A stretch of 63,827 nt of DNA, counting the filler, from Intoshia linei (taxonomy: Eukaryota; Animalia; Orthonectida): assembly GCA_001642005.1 (NCBI GenBank). It is 4 parts of 4 records of this genome, joined end to end, with 100 filler letters (N's around TTAATTAATTAA, not from the genome) between each part and the next. Parts side by side here need not be neighbours in the genome. Positions count along the whole stretch, not along the records: positions 17,076 to 41,674 come from LWCA01000528.1; positions 41,775 to 60,498 come from LWCA01000767.1; 2 more parts are not named here. One strand, 5' to 3'. A program made the translations under genes and the position numbers. This document shows, piece after piece, positions 39,353 to 52,153 of this stretch. The notes beneath the pieces were generated by a model that had not been told where the DNA came from, made no database searches, and saw only the letters and a program-made list of their open reading frames with translations. Positions within the stretch are counted from its first letter, which is position 1, and each line of letters starts with the position of its first letter.

Positions 39353-39450
39353 GTCTAACTTGCAGAGTGGTTATAGTCATATAATTGTATGCGGCGTGGC
39401 TAGAGTTCGGATCCCGATTTTGACATATTTTTATTTAAGATGAACTTATC
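39353..39450 (+). repeat. tRNA-like (A/B-box) dispersed repeat, copy 1
   Basis: GCAGAGTGG ... GTTCGGATCC. Homologous to 49885-49990 on the minus strand. Confidence 0.5.
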
Positions 39451-40284
39451 TGAGTTCTTCTCTGCCAATCGTTACAAGTGTCGTCACCTTATTTGGTCCA
39501 TTGTTTTTCTACTTGAAAATTCTGTGGTTAACTGACTCTTATAATTTTAATAATCAATTTTATAATAGAAAATTCTTTTTACTCAATCTCGTAATTTTAA
39601 TAATAATTTTAATTGTACTGTGAATAACTGAATTATTAGAATTTCTATTCAATTAAAATAAATCTTTAAATCAACTATAAACAAACCATAGACTCATAAA
39701 ATAATATCCTCTCATCTATTTAATCTTTCATCTCAAGTTTCATGATTAATCCACAGCTTAATTATTGGCTTGAACAATTAAATAATCTTGTTAAAACACA
39801 TAAAAATTTTTACACATCAATGGAAAGTAGTCTAGCTATGCTATACATACACTAGTATTATTGCAAGTATGTCCTAGTGACAATATTTTATTTATTTATC
39901 AATCTTATAATTAATAAATTAATGATATAAAATCAAAATGTCGAGATCTAAAAATGAATTATTCAAAAAAAGTATGAGGTGGACGCGTCCTTATGGAGTA
40001 GTGGTTAGCGAACCGCTTAGTAATTTATCGAGATTACTTACTATAAAAAAAGTAATGGGAAGATATCATTTTTTAGAAATGGAAAATAACTCACAACGAA
40101 AATTTTATTACTGTGATAAAACTGCAATAGAACTATATTCTTTATGGATAAAGTGCACTCTGGGACCGATTTCATTAGGATTAGTAAAAGTCAAAATTAG
40201 AGATTTAATAAACAAGTAATGCGCTCTATTTAAAAAATTCGAACTACCATCAAAAATTTAAACAAAATTGGGATAACATATTAA

Positions 40285-41674
40285 CCCATTAGTGACCGAT
40301 GACTACATGATGAGTAGACTAGATGTAGTCATCCATGTTTCATATTGTACCTCGAAAAATACTTAATGTAATGGAACAAGTAGATATTTTTCTTATAGCC
40401 AAGAATATACTTTATCTTTAGACACCTTAAATTTCAGATTTGGTGATTGATAACATGTTGATATTGCAGTTTAAATCATTGCCTATTGACAACAAAAATA
40501 ATAATTTTCTGATTCATTTTAAGTGATTAAATTAATTAAATCAGCCTAAAATTCTGCTCGAGTAATGATTACCATAAATCAATGTTAGTTATATTTTTAA
40601 AAATTTCAAAATTGCATGAATATTGTGTTAGTTATATAAAGATTTATACATGACTACATATGTAGTCATTGGCCGCTAACCGGCAAACAAGTTTAATATG
40701 ATAATTTTATCTAGAAATTGACAAACTAAACATATTTATGTGTATTAACTAATTTAATTAACTGAAAATAGACAAATATTTTATTAATCTATATTCAGTT
40801 TCTAAGTATATTTAAATATTAATCCGTATTTTAAAGATCAACATATTAGACAGAATAAAATTTAATAAGTTTATTTTATTTTAATTATAAATTATTAACC
40901 TTTGACAGCATGCCTCGTTTTAATACTTTAAATGATACTATTGAAAATGTAGACCCAGATTTATTAACTGATATAATAATGGTTGGTCCACCACAAGGAA
41001 GTTATGATTCCGATTTAGAAGAAATCGAAGAATGCAATTTACTCGAAGATAGTATTCCAAATGATGTGGCTGGGCAATTGGAGATACTAGATGATGAATT
41101 AGAATACGTTGAACCAATAGTATCAAAATTAAGAAGGAAAGATTGGAATCTTAAATTAATGAAAAAATTTTAAATTGGAAATTTAAACGGTATTTTAGAT
41201 TCACATTCAAATTTAGTAAAATTTAATGAGTTAGATATATTTATAGATGGTTTTAAATCCATATTGCAAGTTTTTGTTAAGGAAACGAATAGATATGCAA
41301 AACAAAAAAATAGACAAAACTTTAAAACTAATTTATCAGAATTACTAAATTTTTTTGGTCTGATTTTATTGACCGGGTACAATCAAAGGCCATCTGAATA
41401 ACTGTATATTTCAAAGGGAACTGACATGGAATGTCCTATTTTTGGACAAACAATGTCTAGAACTCGATTTCTGGATATAAAAATAAATTTACATTTTGTC
41501 GATAACAATCATCTTTTAACAAATAAAATGGCAAAAATCAAACATTTATATAATATGGTAAATGAAGTATTTATAAAATACGGAGTGTTTCATAAAGATT
41601 TAAATATCGACGAATCAATAGTGCCATATTTTGGAAACCACAGTTGTAAACAATTTATTAGAGGAAAGCCTATA
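40285..41674 (+). mobile_element. piggyBac element (left end plus disrupted transposase), truncated by the gap
   Basis: TTAA|CCCATTAGTG left terminus. ORF pieces PPQGSYDSDLEE...NDVAGQLE and MSRTRFLDIKINLHFVDN...NIDESIVPYFGNHSCKQFIRGKPI, with frameshifts and stops between them. Confidence 0.9.
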
Positions 41675-41774
41675 NNNNNNNNNNNNNNNNNNNNNNNNNN
41701 NNNNNNNNNNNNNNNNNNTTAATTAATTAANNNNNNNNNNNNNNNNNNNNNNNNNNNNNNNNNNNNNNNNNNNN
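41675..41774. other. Artificial assembly spacer N44-TTAATTAATTAA-N44
   Basis: Seen directly. Confidence 0.97.
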
Positions 41775-44310
41775 CTTAACTTAGGTTTGTAGGGGCCACT
41801 TTTATTTTGAATAGATTAATAAATAATAAATAATAGAATTGTTTTTAAAAGTGAAATTTTTTACTATGAAGCATAAATAAATTATGTATTTAAATTAAGT
41901 TAATTAAAAAAATAAAAAAACTATATTTTATATTTTATAAACAATGTATATGTATAATTATATAAATGGTCGTATGGTTGATCTATCGGTTTTTGTTTTG
42001 TTATACGAGTCGTATGATACGACAATTCTCATTCTCAAATTAACTAATGTTTCTCAAGTTCCAACATTGTCTAATTAGAGACAGTTTACTTTATACACTA
42101 AATTAGTTTAATCATATTAATATAATAATAAATTTATTTTAGTATTTGAGACAATTGATAAATGAACCAATTTTCTTTGGTAATATTTATAACGTGTTGA
42201 TTACATTATTTCCACTGTCCAGTGGAAACAATTGTGTACCATATGCATACTATACAATAAGGTATGTCCTAAAACACTTTTTCGAAACCATGCAAAAGTA
42301 GCCAACCGGGAAAAATGAAACTTCGTATTGCGAACAAGATGATGTGCTTGAAATTGTCTAACTCTCAAAAAAACCCTTCACTTTTTGCATTATAAACTAA
42401 TTTTTAATACAATTTTTCAAAAACGAACATGAACTTTATAAAAAAATATTGGTGTGGTAATGATGTAAATTCAGGCGTATGAATAGTATATGTAACATTT
42501 GTGAATATATATAATGCCATGGTTATCACAGTTTATCAGAAATCGTTCTCAATAAAACCCTATTTTACTCAAAAATTCATAAAAAACAGAATTTATAGGA
42601 TAGAGGGTTTCTTGGTGTTTATTTTAACAATTATGATATTTCAAATACATGATCTTGTTTGCAACAATTTTTGTTATATTAGTATATGGCTACTTTTGTG
42701 AATTTAGTTAATACAACTAATTAGCATTGAAAATAAAATTGATCAATTTTATAAAAAATTAAATTTTTTTTTTTTAATTTTAAAGATTATACGTGATTCA
42801 TTAAATTTAGTAGGACCCTGAAGTTTAAAATTAATCTATACTGAATGGGGATGGGGCAGTCTTTGCTAAACATTCTCCAAAATCATTTTTTTCATTATAG
42901 CCATAAAACTTTCATACGCGACTTTATCCGTTCCTGAATATAACCTGGATATATCCTGGTGTATAACAATGGTTACCAAATTACGGTACGCAATTAAATT
43001 TTACTTGGCCCTTGAATTACAAATCTATTACAAAATACACCGGTGATATCCTACAAATTATAATATATCATCCACTTAGATTATAAATATATACTACCGA
43101 ATTGCCATTTCTAGATCATGAGAAATTTATTAATTCATTAACTTAAATTTTAAATCGTAATTTAAAATATCGTCATATATATTTTCCATCTGGCCCGCGG
43201 ATTTATTCTTTAGTTATTCCAGCCCCATGTCAAAAAGTTTGGTGGACACTGGTATATAATATACTGTGTCAATCAATTTTATCACGATTAATTTAATAAA
43301 CAATGTGTGATTCAACATTATTCTTTTTATATGAAATTTTTTGTAAGGCGATTTACCAGCTATTGTCTTAATGTATATACCACGTTGGAACTCATGTTCT
43401 TCCTTGATTTTTCCAATGAGTTTCAAGGTAGTAGGATGAATCATAAAATAAATCTTCAAATCAACAAAACTATAACTCATAAAATATCATCGTCTAATGA
43501 TTAGAGTCTAATATATTTAATATTCTATCTTAAGTTTCGTGATAAATCCCCAGCTTAAATTTTTGGCTTGAGCGTTAATTTTGTTAAATATAAATAAATG
43601 GAAAGTAGTCTGCTACTGGTGTGAATTTTTTCACTTTTTTGCGAAAATACAAAAGTTCCACTTCATTCTTAATTCATTTATAATTTAATAAAATTTAACT
43701 ACATTAATGTAAATGTAAATAGTTTTTGAATATTAATAAAATGAAACTTTGCGATTGCAATAATGTATAATAATTGATTAAGTTATTTAAAAATTTCATG
43801 TAAATTTAAAATTAAATGTTGAAAAATGTTTAACAATCGATTCATAAGTATGTCAACACCTATCAAAACATAGTCTAAAACGTTTATTATGAAATAATTA
43901 GTAATTCGTATTATTTTTCTTATAAAATATTTTTTAGGTGTTGACGTAATTATGAAACTGACTGTAATTAAATAAAACCGCTGCTCTTAAAATAGAACAA
44001 TGGAGTTTTTACACTTGTAAGTAATTTAATACCTAAGAATTTACTTTTACTGTTCAATTCACTTTCACAACAATTCAACTTATATTGTTCAAAACTTTAG
44101 AGGCGATGCCCCAGGGTTTTTTAACAGTAGAGAGGTAAGATTGGGTGCAAATTGAATACTTTGATATTCTTATACGTAATTACACATTACACGTTCACAC
44201 CCTTAATATACACTGTATATTAACTTATTTCCTATAATTTAACAATTAATAATAATTAATATTATCATGCAAATGTCAATAAATGTAAATTTACTGGGAT
44301 ATCATAATGT

Positions 44311-45541
44311 ATGACATTCTCAACGGGGTTCATGTGGACCCCTTAGCGTCCACAGCACTTTTTTGGGTCCATGAAAATTATATACATCTATTACATATTA
44401 TAGACATTTTTAGTAACATAAAGTCGTTTTTTCAAAACAAAAGTCCATTTTATTCTATTTTTTGTTGATAAATATTGATAATAACGCAATTAACATTAGA
44501 GGTTTCTCGAAAAAATGAAAATGTATTATTCATAAATACTAGTATCTAATAAATAATATACGTAGTACTAAATAAATTGAACTCAAAGGAAATGATTTTC
44601 TTGTTTTTTTTACAGAATTTACAACTCATTGTAGTTTTTGAATGTTTTATATGACCAATCGCATCATATCTTATTAATAATGTAAAAATTTCCAATAGGT
44701 TGGTTTATTCTTTCCTCCAGATTGATTTGTTTTTAGCTAGCACAAAGATACATTTATTTAATGATAATGATGTTTCATCAACATCGTTATAATTCCATGT
44801 AGCTACGAAGATATTTCGAGCACAAACAGTAATCACATAGACTCTTTATTTCCTCTGAGATTATCTTTTGATATAAGGTATTTTGAAGGATTACGTTTTA
44901 TCAGATTTTAATTTGATATTTTAAGTCCATGTCGTTTATAAGAATAAAAAAGGCTCAGAAATACTAATATAAAACGTGCAAATCATGTAAAAGTAAATTC
45001 TTTGGTATTAAATTAAATAACTTACAATTGTAAAAACTTACTGAGAAACCTCCATTGTTCTATTTTAGAAGCATTGGTTTTATTTAAGTATTTTATTAAT
45101 TTATGACCGAGCCAAATTTCTTGTCATAAAAAAAAGCTTTAGATTTCAAATTGAAAATGGGACAAAAAATCAGCCAATATTTATGATTCTATGAAACATT
45201 TACCAAGGGATATAAAATATTAATTTTTCACAGGGATGATAGATAATATAGACTTTTAATAATCTGATAAAATATGTAGTAAACAATTAATAATGTACTC
45301 TAAACAATACCTGAAAACACGTTCAATTTTTAAAACATTGACGTTTTAAAAATTGATATTAATGGTTTATCAATTTTATCATCTCGCAAAAATAGACTAC
45401 TCCATTCCTTTGACCATCATTCGTTTCATACAAATGTAATAATTCATTAAAAATTATCATTATTATTAATTTTTTGGGGGTCCACAGGTTTTTTGTAATA
45501 TTATTTTAGGGAGCACAGCGAAAAAGGGTTGAGAATGTCTG
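44311..45541. mobile_element. Non-autonomous hAT element, longer inverted relative of 6733-7443
   Basis: TIRs GACATTCTCAAC / GTTGAGAATGTCTG. Extended reverse-complement similarity to 6733-7443, with about 0.5 kb of extra interior. Confidence 0.85.
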
Positions 45542-46171
45542 ATGTATGCTACCGTCGGTTAGAGTTCCAGTCAGTTTAAAAGCACTATTCCCTTTGGAAT
45601 AGGATTAATATATCATTTTTAACATGACTTTTCTGTAAACTATTAAACATGAAATATTTATTTTTATCCAGATTTCGGAATCAGATCATATTTATAATCA
45701 CCTTAAATGACTAAAATTTCTACCGCACGGTAACATGTATACCATTGATGGCAATCAAATGAAACTGACGTTAATTATTAAATTATTTTTAGAAATTATG
45801 TTTATTCGTACATTCCTTCTTAATTAGCTCCCCTAGTAATTAAAAATTAAATTTATAATAATTAAAATATTTAAAGCAAATTTATATTTAAGTGTTAAAA
45901 AAACAAAACTTTATTTTAAAAATAATTATGCCATTTGCCATCACTAATATACACTTTTAATTAAAGATTAGACTGGAATAAAAAGAATGGAGGTCAAAGG
46001 AACAATCCAAATTTTGATAATCTAAATAAAGAAGACAACGGTCGAACAAGCAGCTTTATGCGAGTTGGATAAAAAAACTTCCATCAATCTCAATATTTAA
46101 TTAATAACTTATTAATCACTCAATGTTGTATTTAATGTAACGAAATAATATAAATTAAACTTTATTCAAAA

Positions 46172-47559
46172 CTATTTCAACAATTCAATTATTGCAGCAT
46201 TTTGAGTAAATTTAGTATAATATTCATTATTATGGTTTACTTTTTTGGCGTTCTAAATTGAAACTGTAATAACATTAATTTAAAAATAAAATTCCCGGGT
46301 ACAGAACCTGTACTACAGGCGGGAAAAAATTAGCCAAATTATAATTTTTAAAGGCGGATGTGCTTTATGTACAATCCATGGATCCAATAAACCTGTTATT
46401 TTTAACAATATACAGTACATTGATAAAAATGACAAAATTGATTATTAACAGAATTTTGTCAGGATTTTTAGTGCTTATTCATACATTCAGTAATAAAAAA
46501 ATTAAAATGTACTCTCTAGAACAGTGGTCTTTAAACTTTTTTGTGTAATACAGATAGATTATAAAAATAAAGTTCGGCAAATTTTTTATTATCCTATTCA
46601 AAATTTGCAGCTGCACCCTAGACCTCTCTACGTCTAGATAAAATTTTTGAAAACATGTAGAAATCCTTTTTTAAATTGAAAAATAAAAAAGTATATTTTG
46701 AATATCATATCCTATATAAAGTGTTTCCCAACCTTTTCTATGCTAGGCACCACTTTTACTTTTAAAAAATCACAGGCAACATGAAAAAATTTTTATAGTA
46801 CATAATATTCAAATTATGATAGGTTAAAATTGAAGTTTACTAAATTGATAGTAAAATCTTCCAAATTAAAAAATTTATATTATTGAGAAATAATGAATAT
46901 GGCATATTTTTACATGAAATCCGTACGTAATCGTTAATAAGGCCGCACGTTCCCCACTTGGTCTATATCTAAAACTGCGATACGTTAAGATTATAAAAAT
47001 AAATGTGTAAACTTTTTAAATTCCTTTAATTACAAGTTAAACAATTACAAGACAACTGAAAATTTTACAAAAATATAACCATTGTCATTATTTCTAGAAT
47101 TTTTTAAAATGACAAATGAATAAATTAATTTTTTTTGTTGTTGACTTAAATTACTTATTCTGAATAAAGTACACCAGTACAAGTACATAGATAGAATTAA
47201 ATAAAAAAGTACATGTTTCAAAAGGATTTTGACACATTCCACATGATCTTCTGAAATGGCAGCGTCCATAGGGCTAATATTGTTTTCGTCTCGAACATTA
47301 ACATTTAAATCATATTTGCTAATGAGATGATCGAGAAGTGTGGAATGGCCGTAATCTGCAGCGACTACAAGTGGTTCCTGGTGTAAAACTTTAGAAGAAA
47401 GGAATGTAGGGTTCTAATTAAAAAAGTTAAACTATTGATAATGCTTAAACATAAAATGAAATCAATATTTACCTCTTTGTTAAGAATTTCCTTGATTTTA
47501 TCTAAATCTCCAACCTTTAAGGCCCATAGGAAAGCTTCAATTTTTTTATCAAGTTCCAT
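46172..47559 (-). CDS. MTPN: Myotrophin (V-1), an ankyrin-repeat regulator of capping protein; exons 47559-47473, 47413-47213, 46252-46172
   Basis: MELDKKIEAFLWALKVGDLDKIKEILNKE|NPTF...PLVVAADYGH...RDENNISPMDAAISEDHVECVKILLKH|NAKK...TQNAAIIELLK* is colinear with myotrophin FMWALKNGDLD...AADxG...HVxCVKLLL...AIKALL. Confidence 0.88.
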
Positions 47560-48409
47560 AACTATTTAAAATTACAAAATTTTAGTTATATATTCTTAGT
47601 TAACAAAACTAAAATTGATTTTTTAGTATATCCATGGATTACTTTTATTTGTTTTTCTAAATGCAAACTCGTTATATTTAATAAATTTAGGTTACAATAT
47701 AGTACATTAATTTAAAGTTTAAAAGTGGAACCATTACACCTACTTTTGTGATACATTTTTTAAGTTTATTCAAATCAAATGTAGTTTTGCTGATTAGTGA
47801 CTGTATCGGGTTCACATTTTAACACCATTTTATCGTAGTTTAAATTGTAACCTACTTTTAGTTCTTTATTGATAGTTTTAATAAAATACATTGTGTGTGT
47901 AGTATGGTTTAATATATCATAATTATGATTATAATTATTGCGTATTAGTGCATTGATAATAACGTTTATAGAGAAAATGGAACTATAACTTTAAAGGTTT
48001 GTAAATTGCATGAAAAATTCATTAATTTTCATTAAACTTTTTGTTAATTGTGGTAAAATTTGAGGTGTATACGTACACTGTACGTACTACGTAGTTTGAT
48101 TAGTTTATTGTAATAAATTAAGAACTAAATGAAGTAACGACTAACCATCAGATTAAAATAAAATATATATCCAAAACTATTCAATATATATGATTTGACA
48201 TAAAAATAAAAATTTATAAAAAATGACAAATAAAAAGATACATATTAGCTCCCGTTTGGACATTCATTCAATGTTAAGAATAACCGTGTAAACAACCATT
48301 TTAAAAATTAATGAAATCACACTTAGAAATGACTAAAATCACGCTTATTACTTTGGAAATAAAGTTTATTATCAATTAATATTATTTTGTTATATAATTA
48401 ATGTTATGC

Positions 48410-48631
48410 CAGAGGTTCCTACACTTTTTTAACGGCGGACATGTAATAAATGACAAAAATTATTGCGGACCGTTAAAGCTATATTACTAGGCAACATTCC
48501 CAAAATTTTGATAAACACGTAATAAATTAACTTTTAATTAGTAAATTAATTTTTTCAAAATTATTTCGCGGACCGGTAAAAATTTTTAACGGATCAGTAC
48601 TGTTCCGAGTACCGACATTTTGGAAGCGCTG
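48410..48631. mobile_element. hAT/Charlie-like MITE
   Basis: CAGAGGTTCC ... GGAAGCGCTG termini; TSD tgttatgc/ttttatgc. Confidence 0.7.
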
Positions 48632-49034
48632 TTTTATGCAATAATAAGATAAAATATATTGTAGATTGTTATCGTTATCGGTATTTCATAATTGCATAAT
48701 TCACATGGCTGAAAATTCAAATTTATATTTCCATGTAATAAAGTAAAGTGACAAAAAAAATACGTAATATCAATTTTAGTTTATGCGCGGGTATTAAATA
48801 TACACGATTTTTTATTTATATTACTTTAAAATGTCTTAATAGTAAGGGAAAATGTTACTAGAAAAAAAGCACTTGACACCCTAATGTAAATTAGATTCTG
48901 CATCGGATCGTGTTGAGATGATATGTATGAAGTAAACTAATATTTTTTGTCCGAAATACGATCTGATAAATATAAAATTTTTATAAAAAATATTTTGTAA
49001 ACACAATCCGAAATTCGTGGTCCGCTCGTATTGA

Positions 49035-49486
49035 CAGAGCCGTCTTAAGCCACTTGGTGGCCCTGGGCTAAACATAGGACCGGAGGCCTTTTAAAGTTTT
49101 GAGCGAAGCGATAATAAAATTTATCGCCCCTTTTTTGAAAATTAATAAGAGAAGATCAATTTCCTACTTTCTTTTTTGAGTATTCACTTAATAAAAAGGT
49201 TTTAATGTTTAATATTATCATTTGGAACAGTTTTTATGTCACTATTATATGATGAACATTGTAGAATATATTATAAATTGAATATTTACCAGAACTTTGA
49301 TTCTTTAAACTATTTGAATTCCCATAATTCAAAACTTATAAACTGTTTCTTAAGATATAAATGTAAAGTATTTTTTAATAAATTGGGGGCCTATTTTTAA
49401 GATATAAGTTTAAAGTACTTTTATTAATTTGGGGGCCTTTTTTAATGAGTGGTCATGGGCTACAGCCCATACCTTAAAATGGCATT
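49035..49486. mobile_element. Probable hAT MITE
   Basis: CAGAGCCGTCTTAAG start and a degenerate CTTAAAATGGC end. Subterminal gggcta / ggggcc motifs. Confidence 0.45.
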
Positions 49487-49884
49487 CCCTCATATGTCAA
49501 TTTATACATAAAAATTGATCAATTCGCTGAAAATTCAAACGCATGGTAAAAAAATTTATTAATTCATTTCCCTTCTATTGGGAAAAATAGAAGTAATAAA
49601 ATTAATAATAACATTACAAACAAACAAAAAAGTGGATTTAAACAATTGGAAAACACGTATAAACAAATTTGGATTCGCGTTTTGTACATTTTGATTGGCT
49701 CTAGGTGGAAGACTTGATGGTGCACCGGATTCACTTGTAGACTCCTATAAAACAATATAATAAAAAATATAAATAATGTACGAATAGACCTGTTAATGGT
49801 TTGGTTCAGAACCATAAACCATTTAATCGGTTTACTCTAGCTGGTTTACTATTTAAATCTATTTAAATTTATATTTATTTATTT

Positions 49885-49990
49885 TATAAGTTTATCTTAA
49901 ATAAAAAGATGTCCAAATCTCGATTCGAACCTAGCCAAGCAGAATACAATTGTATGACTATAACCACTCTGCCTCTTAGACATCACAAGT
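49885..49990 (-). repeat. tRNA-like (A/B-box) dispersed repeat, copy 2; tRNA-like core 49981-49910
   Basis: GTCTAAG-AGGCAGAGTGG...GGTTCGAATC-GAGA-TTTGGAC-A has an A box, a B box and a pairing 7-bp acceptor stem. The T and anticodon arms are broken. Confidence 0.55.
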
Positions 49991-50325
49991 AGTGCTTCCG
50001 CAATTATTCATCGATTGTTCACCAATTAATCGAATATGATAAAGTTATGCTCTTTTTATAAATTGTATTTTACAGGATTTTGGAATTATTATATTTAAAA
50101 TATATTTAAATGGAAATACAATATAAGTTAAATTATTAAAATTTTCCCAAGCTTTAGAACAGGTCTATGTACGAACAATAATATTTCAACATTTTTATCA
50201 AACAAAAAATACTTTTATTAAAAAAAATCAATACTAAAGAGCTTTTTTGGCCGTTAAAGCATTAATTTGCAAGATTTAATTTTTTTTAGTATATTAAATA
50301 ATAACTACAATAGAATAGTGTATAT

Positions 50326-51969
50326 TAGGGTGTTTCACATAATGGAATCTCTCTTAGCCTTAGTAAAAATTAATCTAGTATTATAATTGCAAACATCATG
50401 TTACCATTAAAATCTGCAAAAATTGTGGGGTTGAGTTGCGCATGACGTTTAAAGTTTTTAACTTAATATTAATATAAACATGTATATATTATAGTTTATT
50501 TTGTATAATATTTCTATAATTTATACATATTTTTCATTTAGAGTTTAAATTAAACTTAATCTAAGTCTTAAATAATTAAGGTAAAATGAGTAGTATTAAA
50601 TAACAAATACAAATATTCAATATCAGATAAAAAAATAAGTCTACATTTTGATGGTCGTCGATGTAAAAATTTGTCAAATCAAGTAGTTGAGTAATTGGTG
50701 ATATACGTCTAATGCAAAGAAAATGGAAGCATTCCAATTGATGTTCATCTAAATTAATTAATTCATTTAAAAATTGGCACTGCAGCCACAATTTTCTGTG
50801 CTATAAAAGATACCATTGAAATGTATAGTATAGCAGAAAATATTTACATGATTATATGCAATACATGCAACGTCAATACAGGGGGAAAAATGAAGTGATA
50901 AAAATGTTAAAATTATAACGTATTCACAGTTCACGACACCTTAGAGGGTGAGTTTTTTAAAATCTTATTCAGAATTAATTCAAATTTGGCATACCAGTTT
51001 ATCATTAGGTAATATACAGTTCTCATTAGCGCAATTAGTATCACATCTCAAAATGGTCTACATAACCTATAATTTTTAAATTCAATTTAAATTATAAATA
51101 TCTTAAAAGTATTCTCTTATTTATATCTTTATATTTTAATATCTTATTAAAAATATCAAACATTACTACCGAGATGTGTTAGTAAAAATNCAAAAAAGTA
51201 CGTAAATTAAATCCGATTCAGACATATGGATTAAACATAGACTATGTTAAGGATGTAATAAATAAAATAAAAAAAAATTTGAGAGATGATTACAAATAAT
51301 GTTGTACATTAATGTTAGCAATAATTTTTAGTGGTGAAATATCCCTAAAAAAACCTGGAGCATCGTCAAAGACCAGATGGATGTCTCATATAATTTATTG
51401 TGCTAAATCGTTTATATTGAATATCAATAAAAACCACGAAACAGAATGTTTCCTAATATGGGTGTTTTATGGATATTTACCATTTTGGCTAAGGGCATCT
51501 GATACACAGCAAGCTAAGATCAATGATATGGGCATCGTCATTTCTTGGGAATCAATATCAACAATTAACCCCATTTTCAAAAGAATAATTAATTGCGCAT
51601 AATTAAAATTCATGAACCACAAATGATATCTTACAAATGATGTTACCAATGTCAAAAAGGCTCCTTTTGTTAATGACCCAGCGAAGAGAGCATTAATGAA
51701 ATTCAAGAAAGCCATTACCATATCTGATATTAAAGACGAACAACAAAAAATTGTATCAATAATGAATGTTTTCAATAATAATGATTTATAATATTGTAAA
51801 CGTATTATAATAGTTATTTCTTGAAAATTTTCAGAAATTTTTAATGTCTTCCTGCGGACTCAATCTTTAATTATATATATTAAAATTGAGCCATTGTTAA
51901 TAATTTATTGATGTAAACCTAATTGTCCCTGAGCAAAATCTAAAAAAAATGTAAAATGTTGACACCCTA
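50326..51969 (+). mobile_element. Degenerate DNA transposon (tentatively hAT/hATm group) with a transposase remnant at about 51200-51780
   Basis: TAGGGTGT...ACACCCTA termini and a near-TSD gtgtatat/atgtacat. Remnant KPGASSKTRWMSHIIYCAK...NH*YL...VNDPAKRAL. A single n at 51190 makes the interior assembly uncertain. Confidence 0.6.
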
Positions 51970-52153
51970 ATGTACATTTACAATTGTATTTGTAAAAACA
52001 AAAATGTTTCAAGAATAAACTATACATTAAATTAAAATTTAAACGTAACAACAAAAATAAACCAAAGTAACAATACATAAATGAATTTGAATTGATACTA
52101 TTTTCAAATATTACTGGGTTTAAAAATTTTATATTCAATGGTAAAATAGCGAA

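Noticed and set aside
39938-40219. 93-aa ORF, and the related repeat pair at about 39640-39830 and 43420-43610
   Set aside because: No recognisable domain. It sits in decayed repeat DNA and I could not assign a family.
49910-49981. Functional tRNA gene
   Set aside because: The T-arm and anticodon stems do not pair, so it is treated as a tRNA-derived repeat.
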